A stretch of 64,000 bases of DNA from Octopus sinensis (taxonomy: Eukaryota): positions 23,445 through 87,444 of the forward strand of contig NW_021833418.1 of the NCBI RefSeq assembly GCF_006345805.1, given 5' to 3'. Below the pieces are notes generated by a model, which was not told the origin of the DNA, made no database searches, and worked only from the letters and a program-made list of their open reading frames with translations. The translations under genes were made by a program, and so were the position numbers. Shown piece after piece: positions 12,196 to 23,459 of the stretch; position 1 is the first letter of the stretch; each line of letters starts with the position of its first letter.

Positions 12196-12334
12196 ATAAT
12201 AATTGTCCTTGATCTATCAATAAAATAAGTTATTTTGACATTGATTGAGTAAATTTGATTGGTCGCGTCTAGCGCTCGGTCGCTCGGCTCGCGACATAAT
12301 ATTTCGAATTGTTAGCAAAATTATATAAGATTCA

Positions 12335-12525
12335 AATATCACAAAAGTATAAATAAGTAAAAAAGGAGATTAAAAGAAAAAAAATCGAAAAATATCACAA
12401 AAAATATAAATAGAAATAATAAAAAAGGAGATTAAAGAAACAAGCTCGAAAAATATCACAAAAAGTATAAATAAGTAAAAAAAGGAGATTAAAGGAATAA
12501 AATCAAAAAATATTACAAAAATGAT
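12335..12525. repeat. AT-rich tandem repeat, ~55-60-bp unit, ~3.5 copies
   Basis: aaaatatcacaaaaagtataaataagtaaaaaaggagattaaa recurs. Confidence 0.55.
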
Positions 12526-13409
12526 GAACTTTCAGATAATTAAATCATTAAAAGAAAATACATCTTGAATTATTCCTTCTGAATCCAATTAAGATAAAAA
12601 AATAAAGTGTAGCAAATAATTAAGAGAGCACCACAAGTAAATCAACAGCGTGCTCACACGTGTCTTAATTTATTAGGTATTAGGTTTACCATTTTAAAAA
12701 TAAGATAATTAATAATAATTAATGAAAAAAACTTTATTTTTATTACAAAACAGTTTTGAATGTCAGTAATTCTCACCTTTAGAGAGAGCAAGGATCCAAT
12801 AATAACCAGATTATTGAAAAAGGTTATTTAAAATCAATTAATCTTGGCTATAGCAATTTGAAACTACTTCCGCCAATTGAATGCTAAATTGGCAGCAAAG
12901 AGTGTATGCCCCCACCTCAGCTCAGAATTTGCTCCTTACCAACTCGGGGTGGGGATCGCCAACGTTTGCGAGTCCGACATCGCCAATTTATTTTTTGTAT
13001 ATCAATCCTCCCTGGTGACATAACTACCGAATTAGCAGTTATTTTGTTTTTTGCGGTGCAAGTGATTTCAATCTTCATTGTTATTTCAAATTTGGTTGGA
13101 GCGATTTATGGTTTTATGCTTAAAAAGTTGAATATTTATATCATTTAATCTAAAAAAAGTATTGTTGTCACCACGCTTCGGAAAATAAGTGCAAAGTAAC
13201 ATATATTAGCAATAAAGTTTAACTCTGAAAAGAACACGTAATTATTAGTTATTCAATTTCCGTTTTTGTAATTTGTAGTATTTTTTACATCAAACTCACC
13301 CTCTTAGGGCCCACGTATAATGCACCGATGGCCAGATTCATGTCAACGCAGAGTCTAGATTCAGGAACAAATGCCTAAGTGTTCCTAAAGTGGACCCGAT
13401 CAAGTCCTC

Positions 13410-13560
13410 TTGAATGACCTACGAGCAAGGTGTGGAAGAATGGAAAACAATCATGACTTACGGAGCCATAATGAAATAGTCAGGTGTATCCATCTACACC
13501 TATGTAAAATCTATGGAATAGACAAGTCACAGGCTTTATTGATACAAGCGGAAGCTGAAA
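13410..13560 (+). mobile_element. Fragment of R4/Dong-like RLE retroelement
   Basis: LRARCGRM...DLRSHNEIVRCIHLHLCKIYGI, matching RRHNEVVKCIHLHLCRMYGI of the full-length copies. Confidence 0.6.
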
Positions 13561-13818
13561 AGTCACAAGGCGACTTGTCGGTACTACAGACATCACATGT
13601 ATTCTCCTAAGATTGAACCTTCTGTAGAGCCTATATCCAATCCGTCGTTCTGAGAAAGACTTTATTATGGCAGAATTTAAGCACTTTTTAATTTTGTCTT
13701 GATGGTAGAATTGCAATACAATCTTCTGAAGACAAAACAAATTAATGGTGTGTAAAGATTTTATAAATTGTGTGTTGTGTGTTTATTTAAATGGAATAAA
13801 TAATATAGTCCTGGTGAT

Positions 13819-14409
13819 ATGTCAATTGTGCGACTGAAAAGTTGTGACGGTGAGATATTCCACGTACCCTATGACGTAATATGCGTGTCGAACATGCTCA
13901 AGCGGATGTTGGATGGTAGTCCCCTGGCTGACCCCACTAGACCTGGGGATGATGAGTGAGGACGAGGCAGCCCTTCCTCTGCCAAATGTGACGGCAGGAA
14001 TTCTGCGTCGAGTAGGTGAAGGGGGATATAGCTAGATCATAAACTGGTGTACGTATCACAAGGACGACCCAGTGCAGTCGGAGGCCACGAGTCGGTCGAC
14101 GAGGACTGACGATATAATCCCCTACGACCTGGAATTCCTCAAAGTAGACCAATCCACGCTGTTTCGACTAATTTTGGTATTTTGTGTGGCTGACGACAGG
14201 CTGCCAATTACTTGGATATTCAGCCTCTCCTGACGACGTGCTACAAGTACACTGCCAATATGATCAAGGGCAAGACGGCCGAGGAAATAAGAAGACACTT
14301 TAATATTAAAAATGACTTTACTCCCGAGGAGGAAGAACAAGTCACCCCTCCCTTCCATTCCTAGATTCGACGAGAAAACAAATGGGCTGAATTTGATAAA
14401 AATTACTAA
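13819..14409 (+). CDS. SKP1: S-phase kinase-associated protein 1, 5 exons
   Basis: [14 protein letters not shown]...MLDDLG...[25 protein letters not shown]...TLFRLILAANYLDI...[38 protein letters not shown] introns of 25, 24, 23 and 24 nt. Confidence 0.97.
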
Positions 14410-15749
14410 TTTGTTGTCTTGTTTGTCCCCTTCATTCTCCGCTTGCCAAATAATCATAGTTTTAAGCCAATAAATTAGAAATCTGGGTAGGCCCGATCAT
14501 CAAATTTTTTTTTAAAAATCAGATGTTTATATCCCAAATAGCTGAAGAGAAAGAACCACATACCATTTTAAAATTTCACATAATAAAATTATTATTCGCG
14601 TGGATGTCACTACAGTTGTCTATATTCCACAGACAATATTTTGAACAATGATTATAGTTAACCCCGGGAAATTAACCATTTAATTAATTTGAGTAAATAT
14701 CGAATGGCGTCGTATTTTGAAGTTTGTTTAGTCATTGACATTTATTTTCCTTGTTTGCTTGGGAACGCTATTCTGTCTTTTTATGTGAAATTGTTTATTT
14801 TCTGATCTGTCATTTGCTGCGTTCTTTTCTGCAGTTTTATAACTAAAACTTTCAACAATGATTTTGTAGTTATGAAATCAAAGACAAAATTCAAAATTGC
14901 GACATAGTCAAAATTTCTTTTTAGAATAACCAATCAATATGATGCCAATAAAATATATTTAACGAACTCTGTCCTCTATCTATAGGCCAACATGACGGGA
15001 ATAGTAGATCGAGAGGATGTCGAAAGAACAAATTATGGATGTTGTCGTAGATTGAAAACTATCACTCATGATTTAGACATAAATGAGGAATTAATGAGTA
15101 TGGCTGCATTAAAAGGAAGACGTGGTGCAGCGCGACTATACTTAATTTTATAGCTATGTGAACAGTTCCTTTAGAAAACAAATAATTTTCATGTAAAATA
15201 ACAACCGCGTAGTCCATGGAATAAATATTGAGTTTAAACGAAACAAGAATTAAAAGTAACGTCGAAAAATTTAATGAGATTTAAAAAAATTTGTACTCAA
15301 ATAATCACCACATCATTAATTATAATTCTGAACAATTCAGAAAAATTCTTGTGAAACAACTTTACAAACTAGCACATTAAAACAATACGCCAGGAAACCA
15401 AAACTGCACGAATGAACTCGAAATTCCCAGTGAACAGTGTCTGGTTCTGAAAATACATGTATGGAAATAACAAAAGAAACAAGTTTGAAAAGAATCAAAA
15501 GACTTCCTGACCAGATATCCAACTTGTTTAACAAATTACCTCAATTCATTATAATCTATACGAAAAACAAAGAATCAACGATCAATATTATTGGTTTAAT
15601 ATTGTGGTTACATACTTGGTTCAGGTCGACAAAAGTTCTTTCTTTTTTTTTCTCATTGATAAACTTGTCAGAAGAAATGACTGCTAATTTAGTAAATTGA
15701 TGTTTTCCGAATTGTCACAGAAATAGGGCAGGAGTAACGAAAGGATGCT

Positions 15750-15786
15750 AATTATGGGCAGATGTCTATTACAGTGTATATAACAT
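15750..15786 (+). promoter_or_regulatory. Putative promoter of peptide gene A (E-box-containing motif plus TATA-like box)
   Basis: AATTATGG(g/a)CAGATGT and TATAACAT are conserved upstream of both peptide genes (second copy 16470-16518). The TATA-like box starts 27 and 28 nt before the ATG. Confidence 0.55.
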
Positions 15787-15805
15787 GATGAGAAACATGA
15801 CACTA

Positions 15806-16036
15806 ATGAAGTATTTCCTGTTTATTGCATATGTTGCACTCGCATGCTCCAACATGGCAGGATTCGTTATTTATTTTTAGATACAAAACAAGACTGACGA
15901 CACACCATCTCTCAAGGACAAACGAGCTTTAAGTTTTCTGGGGAAAATTTTTGGACCACTCATGAAAAAAATAACAGCACTTGGTAGAGGAAGTTCGGAA
16001 TCTTCCGAAAGTCATTGCCACGAGGAATATAACTGA
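15806..16036 (+). CDS. Secreted amphipathic (antimicrobial/cytolytic-type) peptide precursor A
   Basis: Exons 15806-15856 and 15881-16036, 24-nt GC-AG intron. MKYFLFIAYVALACSNM-IQNKTDDTPSLKDKR-ALSFLGKIFGPLMKKITAL-GR-GSSESSESHCHEEYN*: signal peptide, pro-region, KR site, cationic helix, Gly-Arg, acidic tail. Confidence 0.8.
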
Positions 16037-16538
16037 CCTAATTCGTCTAACAATCTTATTTGTTCCTATATTTTCTGTTGTTTATTATCTTTTTAACGAA
16101 CTTGATAAATTAATTACTTGTAGTAGGAAATCAAAGCGGATGGCGATATCTCTCACCACGTCAAGGTAATTTTCTGTTCCAATTTTTTCCTGAAATAAAC
16201 GCCCAGGTTTTACAAATAAAATGTCGACAGTTTTCTTACCCAAAAAAAGACGTGATGAAACAAAACAAACGGTAATAAAGATGCACCTGACTTGCAATCT
16301 TAGATGGTGGAATATGCAGGAAGACAACTCAAATATAACCGTTGTGAATAAACGTGCACGCTGTGGAGAATGCGCACATTGAATAGTGAATGATAATGAG
16401 GAGTCTCTATTATTGAGTGTAACAGGCTGAATTAGTCAGTGCCGAGTGTACAAGCTAATTAGAGTTGTAAATTATGGACAGATGTGTAACAAATGTGAAC
16501 ATTGTGCATTTATAACATCGTTAGAACATGCGAGGGAA

Positions 16539-16732
16539 ATGAAGTATCTCATTCTGATCGCATGCATTGCAATGGCCTGTTCGAACATGGCATGATTCCG
16601 TACTTATCATCTTAGATTCAAGATGAGATTGAGGATAAACCAACTGTCAAAGAAAAACGAATTTTTGGGATATTTTCAATGCTGTGGGAGAAAATCAAAA
16701 TGTTAAAAGATAAGATCTTTGGAAGACGATAG
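16539..16732 (+). CDS. Secreted amphipathic (antimicrobial/cytolytic-type) peptide precursor B
   Basis: Exons 16539-16589 and 16616-16732, 26-nt GC-AG intron at the same position as in gene A. MKYLILIACIAMACSNM-IQDEIEDKPTVKEKR-IFGIFSMLWEKIKMLKDKIF-GRR*. Confidence 0.85.
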
Positions 16733-16850
16733 TAGTCGACAAATTTAATATACTAACCACTTTTCCTGAGCTTTAACACACTCATTCCATTCTTACTGTA
16801 ATTAGAGTGGTTATCCACTTAAACTTTTAATGACAATAAAATATATAGCA

Positions 16851-18382
16851 ATGAGTGTGTTGTGGACACGTTGTGTGCATCGTGAATTGGTGAGGAAAGT
16901 GGGGACAGGGAACGTAGTACTGATAGACAGTGCACGGACTCCGTTCTGCAGGGCGGGGACAGACCTGAGAGACACAATGGCACACGAACTACAGAGCGCG
17001 GCGATAAGGAACGTGTTGAAGAAGACAGGAATAGGAAAAGGCAGGTGTGTGGGTAAAGTGTTAGAGGTGATCGAGTACGTGTGCGTGGGGACAGTAGTGC
17101 AAGAACCGAGAACGCACAACATAGCGCGAGAAGTGGTGTGAGGTGTGAGAGTAGTAGTGTGTGCTGGGGGGGGGACTGTCAGTGCCGGGGCACACAGTGT
17201 CAATGGCGTGCATATCGTCGAACCAGGCAGTGGCGAGCATGGGGGAACTGATAAGGAGTGGGGCGTATAAAGCAGTGGTGGCCGGGGGAGTGGATATTAT
17301 GTCGGACGTGCCCATTCGCTACAACCGGACTCTGAGGAAACACATGCTGGCCATGAACCAGGCCAAGAACAAATATATGAGGGCTGTGATGGCTGTGAGG
17401 CTACTGGACCCCACTCAAGTGCTCAGTCCAGAGGTGGGGACGAGTGTGATGTGGTAGCTGCCGGGGGTGGCCGAGTTCTCCACAGGGGAGACCATGGGAC
17501 ACTCGGCAGATCGACTGGCTGCAGCCTTTTCCATATCGAGGGAGGAGCAGGTGAGGACTGCTGTCGTGTTGTAGGACTGGTACGCCCACCGTTCCCACTC
17601 ACTCGCAGCTAAGGCACAGGCGGAGGGCAAACTGACGGACGTGCACGCGTATCAGAGTATGTCCATCTCCCCATGTCTTATAGCCAAGTCCACACTCACA
17701 ACCTGTGACAATGGAGTCAGAGTGACCCCACTCGAACAACTGGCCACTCTCCCCCCCTCCTTCGTCAGGCCACACGGCACTGTCACTCCTGCCAACTCCT
17801 CCTTTCTCACCGACGGGGCCTCCGCCTGTCTCCTCATGGCAGAGGACAGGGCATTGCAACTCGGACTCACCCCCAAAGCATATCTCCGCCAATATACTTT
17901 TTCTGCACAGGACCCCAAAGACGAGTTGTTGATGGGGTTCCTCCACTCACTCACTCTAGACCCGCCTACTCCATTCCACGCCTCCTCCACTCAACACGAC
18001 TCCAATTGGCCGACATTGACGTCTTTGAGATACACGAGGCCTTTGCTGTACACATTCACATCACCCTTGTAGGGACAAGTCCTCGCCAATCTTAAGGCAC
18101 TCTCTTCCGATTATTTCTGTCGGAGAGCCCACAACATGTCCAATGTAGTCTTTCTTCTCATGTAGGTTGGAAATATCCCCATTGATAAATTGAATTTGTG
18201 GGGGGGCTCCCTCTCCATTGGACACCCGTTCGGGGCCACCGGAGTCAGATTGCTTGCACATGCCGCCAACAGATTGATTGACGAGGACGGCACCTTCGCT
18301 TTGCTCTCTTCCTGTGCTGCGGGGGGACAAGTAAGCCACTTTCTCATTGTAGGGACATGCCATGTTGCTCGAGCGATATTAA
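16851..18382 (+). CDS. HADHB: Mitochondrial trifunctional protein beta subunit (3-ketoacyl-CoA thiolase), ~10 exons
   Basis: [122 protein letters not shown]. Introns 21-27 nt, first one GC-AG (17041-17064). Confidence 0.95.
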
Positions 18383-18499
18383 CCTACTCTCTAACATGTC
18401 TCACGTTTCCAATTAACAGATTGTATTACGAATAGGGCAATAGGGAGTTGTTAGGACTTGTCCAATATTAGTCAAGGTGAGAGTAAAGGTGGTGAGTAG

Positions 18500-18720
18500 A
18501 AACTAATCTGGTTGTGGACTCAACTGTTCCCGAAGGACCCACAAAAGCTTACATTCAGTCGGTGGTTATGTGGAGAACATTGAAGAATATGCGTGCAGAA
18601 CATAAGTTTGGAATAATCCAGCCGGAAGAATGCCTAATGGCTTGGTTTATAAATGGAAGAGGAAGGAAATCGACTGAGAGCAGGTGCATTAAACTTAATC
18701 ACTCTTATTATTTCTCCTCT
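18500..18720 (+). mobile_element. 3' fragment of R4/Dong-like RLE retroelement
   Basis: EGPTKAYIQSVVMWRTLKNM..EHKFG matches EGTRTYIQSVVLKRTLESM..EHRHG of the full-length copies. Confidence 0.55.
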
Positions 18721-18774
18721 TCTGTACTTTTCTTTGTCACCCAACAGGCCAAGGCAGATAACTCGGTGAGAACA

Positions 18775-19203
18775 TACTGGGTACAAATATACTGACAAAT
18801 CAATAAATGCAGCCGCAAACATCACTTCACAGCTGCATCAAATAAACTAAATAAACCATATCGTGATATCAAGTCGATTACGCAGTCACTCCTAAATTGC
18901 AGGTTATCCACCAAACCTGGAAGAAGATCAAAAAAATAAGATTGTAGTTCCGGACAGTAACGAAAGGGTAAATTAACTGCTCAATGATTAGAACGAATAA
19001 GGAACAGAATGAAATTTCCAAACCATGTCCAATTTATATTAAAGATTCAACATAAACTTCAATGGGGAAAGATAATGAACCCAGTTTTGACTTTCTCGAA
19101 TAAAGTCACAAACTCGCATGGAAATTGGGGAGGAAATGAGAGCTTAATAAGGCTAAGAAACGGAGATAAAGTGCAGACGACGACTCGAAGTATTTCTTAA
19201 ATA
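18775..19203. repeat. 429-bp direct repeat, copy 1
   Basis: Near-identical to 22742-23171 (one T indel seen). The two copies abut the two ends of the retroelement at 19204-22741. Confidence 0.95.
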
Positions 19204-22200
19204 CCAATGTTTAATAAAAATTAATTATGTAAATTCTATCTTAAATTATTTAAGAATCCAGATCGTCAGTGATTTCTCTTCTTCGCTTGGAAGAAGAGTT
19301 TGCAACAAAATTCTCATCATTTTCCATTTCTGCGTCAAAGTAATTGTTCAACTGAGTGTCCTCACGACATGCCAGCTCCGCAAGTTGATTGGCGGCAGAG
19401 GCGTACTCCTCGTTGTCTACCTTCATCCCATGTCTGTGTTCAATAAGCATACTCTCTAGAGTCCTCTTCAGCACAACCGACTGGATGTATGTCCTCGTTC
19501 CTTCTTCAATGGATAACTTGTCCATATGACTTTTAAAGAACTTTGAGACAACTCCATCCCATGTCAAGACAATTGGAATAATCTTCACTTTTGCTTCATA
19601 GAGAACCGACAGTTCGTTTGCAAGCAGGTCATATTTGTGAAATTTCTCCACTTCAACTTGCTTTAAACGGTCTTGCGAGGTAACTCCCACTTCGATTAAA
19701 TGAATTTCTCTTTTTCTCTTGTCATAAACGAAGATCAGGTTTATTGAATTGAACCTTTGTTTCAGTCATAATTGAAGTGTCAACTCTGATTTCGACATTT
19801 TGGGTCGACATTGTTGACACGACTGAATGTCCTTTCAATTTCCTGCTTCGTTTTATTCCATACATTCGACACAAGTGGAGATGAATACACTTTACCACTT
19901 CGTTGTGTCTTCGGAGATAATCACTGTTTAGCATCCTACCACACCGCGTGGCTAGATGGTCAACAGTCTGCCTGCTTTTTTTGCAGTGGACGCATAGTGA
20001 TCCCGTGTATGCAAAGAACAAATTCCTATCTTGCAAAAGACAGTACAATGCTTCGCTTCGTGGACCATTGTTCCCTTTCGATAGCCATTGCGAAGAAGTA
20101 GATATGTCGACATCTGATTCCTCCATACATTTGAACATCACCGAGTGTAGTGATTTACTGTTAATTCGGTTAAGCAAGAGTTTCCTTTGTGCGTCCTTCA
20201 GTAACTCAATGGTCAGATTTTCCCTGCCGACAGCTGCATATTTGGAGACAAGAAATTCTGCGATTGTGGCTAAGTGCCATTTTTTCCTTTTATTACTCGC
20301 AGAATACCCGACCTCCGCAGACAGGTAGTCGACTGTTTTTCCAAACTTTTAAGAAACTGGAAGAGCATTAATTCGCTTTTGAAAGAAATTGAGGCAAGTC
20401 CTCTTCCAAGGGTCTTGCGGTCCAAATACAACCTCTCCTTATTTGCAGGCTGGAGGTGTAACTTGAGAGTCGTAAGTAATCGGTCGTATTTGTTGGTCAA
20501 TCTCATCGAATCGTAAGGTTCGATATTGATTAGCCCATATAATAATTATATAGGGATAATGCATATTCATTGATTCCACGAAACAAATTTACAGCATTCA
20601 GGTTTGTTTTTGACAACATAGTTATCCTCTTCTTGACATTCTCCAATATGGAGTTCATAACTTTATTCTTGAGAACATTACTTCCGCCATCTTCAAGTAC
20701 ACCCAAGTAGCGATATCCGTTGATTCCATCGACAGTCTCACAGCATGATAAAGATTCCACATTAGATGCTGATTTTTCGGAATTCATCTCTAGGCCGACA
20801 CTTTCAAAAAATCCATTAACAGCCTCCATCATTTTGACTAACACATCTTCTTTGAGGGCAACTATTTTCAGATCGTCAATAAAGAAGAAATGATTGGTGG
20901 AGTATGTCAACATATTGGGATCTTCCCGATTAATTTCGAGTTTGGGAAACATGGAGTTAAGCATCCTGCTTAGGGGATCCATCGCCATAACGAATAGCAG
21001 CGGGGACAATGAATCTCCTTGGAGTATTCCCCGGCTTAACTTTACTTTCCCAATTCTTTTCCCATCGATATGTAAGTTTACTGTCCACTTCTTGACTATG
21101 TTCTTTACAAAGCTGACAATCCAATGTGGTATTCCAGAGCAATCCAATACGTGGAACAAGAACTCGTGATCAACTGAGTCAAATGCCTTCTTCACATCGA
21201 CCCAAGCAGAATAGAGGCCATTTCCATACTCCTTATTCAAGCATTGGTTAATGAGGGCTTGCTCTTTGGCGCCTTGACATTGCTTCCTCGTCCCAAGCTG
21301 ATTATCTGAGATTAAGCCAAATGCCTCGATGAAATCGGCCAGTTTGGCATTAACACATTTGGTGACAAGTTTATACAAAGTTGGCATACACGTTATAGGG
21401 CGTAAGTCATTCGGGGTCTCACACTCACTTTTTTTAGGGATCAAGTAAGTTACGCCAGTGTAAAACCAGCTATCAGGCGTGTACTCTCCATTAATTATTC
21501 GGACTATCTCTTTACACAGAAACCCATGCAAAGAATCCATCTTCTTTAAGAAAAAGTTATACGTTCCGTCGCATCCGCATGCCTTCCAGTCAGGTGCATA
21601 TTTGAGCATATCCATAATAAAATCACTTGTGATTGAGGTCGCATGGTTTCACCGCCAGTACACCTCACACCCACAAAATCATAAACTACGGGCCCCATAT
21701 TTTTCTTGCTCCAGACATCTTCCCAAAATGATAAGCACTCACCATCACCAAACCCATACAGGGTGGCTTCGTTGCTCGAAGATAAGTTTCGATAAAATCT
21801 TCTGCGGTTTAATTCAAAACACGCATTGTCTTTCCGGAAATTTTTCCTCGAGAATGGATAGATATCTGTCTTTTTGATTCTAATTAGATCATTCAATAGA
21901 GTCTCAATTCTGGTTAGCTCCCCCTTCTTAGACTTCTTATATCCGTAGCGGCAGAGAACATCCATTGCCTTTTGCTTTTCTGCCTGAGGCAAGGTTTGTT
22001 TGGAGAAGGAACGAACTGTGTCAATTTCATCTGCTAATTTAGAGATTTTTCTTTCCGTGTTTTCCAACCATGTGCTCTGTGGTCTGGCTCTCGTAGTTAA
22101 GGCCAAATAAGCACACTGTGCAGCATATAGAATATCGGTAATTTGATTAATATCTTGATAAATTGCAGAATTTAATCCAGCCAGGATATCAGTTTTTACC

Positions 22201-22741
22201 ATCCTTCGTTGCACCTTTGGAGTTGGCTTTCGAGAGTCTCTCTGAATAGACTGAACTTTCCCAATTTGGAATTTGAGTTCCTCTAGGCAATTTCTGAAAC
22301 TGGAAATTTCTACGTCCACATCATCTTGCACTCTGGAAGAGTCGCATCTCCCTTGCACATTGTTATTCCGTCTAGCCATGCTCTTTAGTTGGCATAAACT
22401 AGAGCACTTTGCCGAGTACTTCTCATTGAACTTCTCCAGGACAAGGTTCCAACCACCTCTTGGCATCCTTCCAAGTCTTTGCTTCGTGCAAGGGCAATCT
22501 GAGACACCCATTCGCCTTCAGAGACACCATTGACATTTCCGATGATCGCAGAAAGAGAATGCAAGTTAGTTTTGGCAGCATCACCAACAAGATCTTCTTT
22601 AACACCATTAGCTCTTGTGGCATTGTGAGGTCCCATAGGCGACGGTCCTGTCTTTTTTAAGTTCTTTTTATTTGCAGGAAGGCCCGTAGGTTTCGTTTTC
22701 CTTAACTGCTTGGAAACGTACATGCACACACCACAACAACT
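19204..22741 (-). mobile_element. Near full-length RLE-class (R4/Dong-like) non-LTR retrotransposon, frameshifted
   Basis: RT (LRPITCMPTLYK, WVDVKKAFDSV, GILQGDSLSPLLF, FFIDDLKI, YRYLG), CCHC knuckle (CVHCKK...DHLATRC), RHNEVVK and KPD...E RLE domain. 5' end GTTGTTGTGGTGTGTGCATG shared with the copy at 48385. Confidence 0.9.
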
Positions 22742-23171
22742 TACTGGGTACAAATATACTGACAAATCAATAAATGCAGCCGCAAACATCACTTCACAGC
22801 TGCATCAAATAAACTAAATAAACCATATCGTGATATCAAGTCGATTACGCAGTCACTCCTAAATTGCAGGTTATCCACCAAACCTGGAAGAAGATCAAAA
22901 AAATAAGATTGTAGTTCCGGACAGTAACGAAAGGGTAAATTAACTGCTCAATGATTAGAACGAATAAGGAACAGAATGAAATTTCCAAACCATGTCCAAT
23001 TTATATTAAAGATTCAACATAAACTTCAATGGGGAAAGATAATGAACCCAGTTTTTGACTTTCTCGAATAAAGTCACAAACTCGCATGGAAATTGGGGAG
23101 GAAATGAGAGCTTAATAAGGCTAAGAAACGGAGATAAAGTGCAGACGACGACTCGAAGTATTTCTTAAATA
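22742..23171. repeat. 430-bp direct repeat, copy 2
   Basis: See 18775-19203. Confidence 0.95.
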
Positions 23172-23459
23172 ATCCAGTTGTTAATTAAATAATATTTTAT
23201 ACACGTTGCACAATGTGTCTTGTTTGTACTCCTAATGATGATAATAAAATCTGATGTGTTGACCATGCAATAGTTTATATTTTATTATTAATTACTTTCT
23301 TAAATACTATATAATCATATATCCTGCATTGGTCGATTTGCTGATCTAGATTATGAGAGCTGAAGGAGTACTAATGTAATTCCTTTATTTTAAGAGTGGC
23401 TTTAAGCAATAGTTAAATCAGGAAAGTTAGTGATAGAGAAAATGATTAGTTGAGACCGT

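Noticed and set aside
14880-15700. Third member of the peptide family (segment ending MAALKGRR) or a host exon
   Set aside because: No signal peptide, KR pro-site or shared promoter; neighbouring frames look like decayed LINE sequence (RLPDQISNLFN).
19204-22741. LTR retrotransposon (because of the long flanking direct repeats)
   Set aside because: Internal domains are non-LTR RT plus RLE, with no gag, protease, integrase, PBS or TG...CA ends; the sister copy lacks the repeats.
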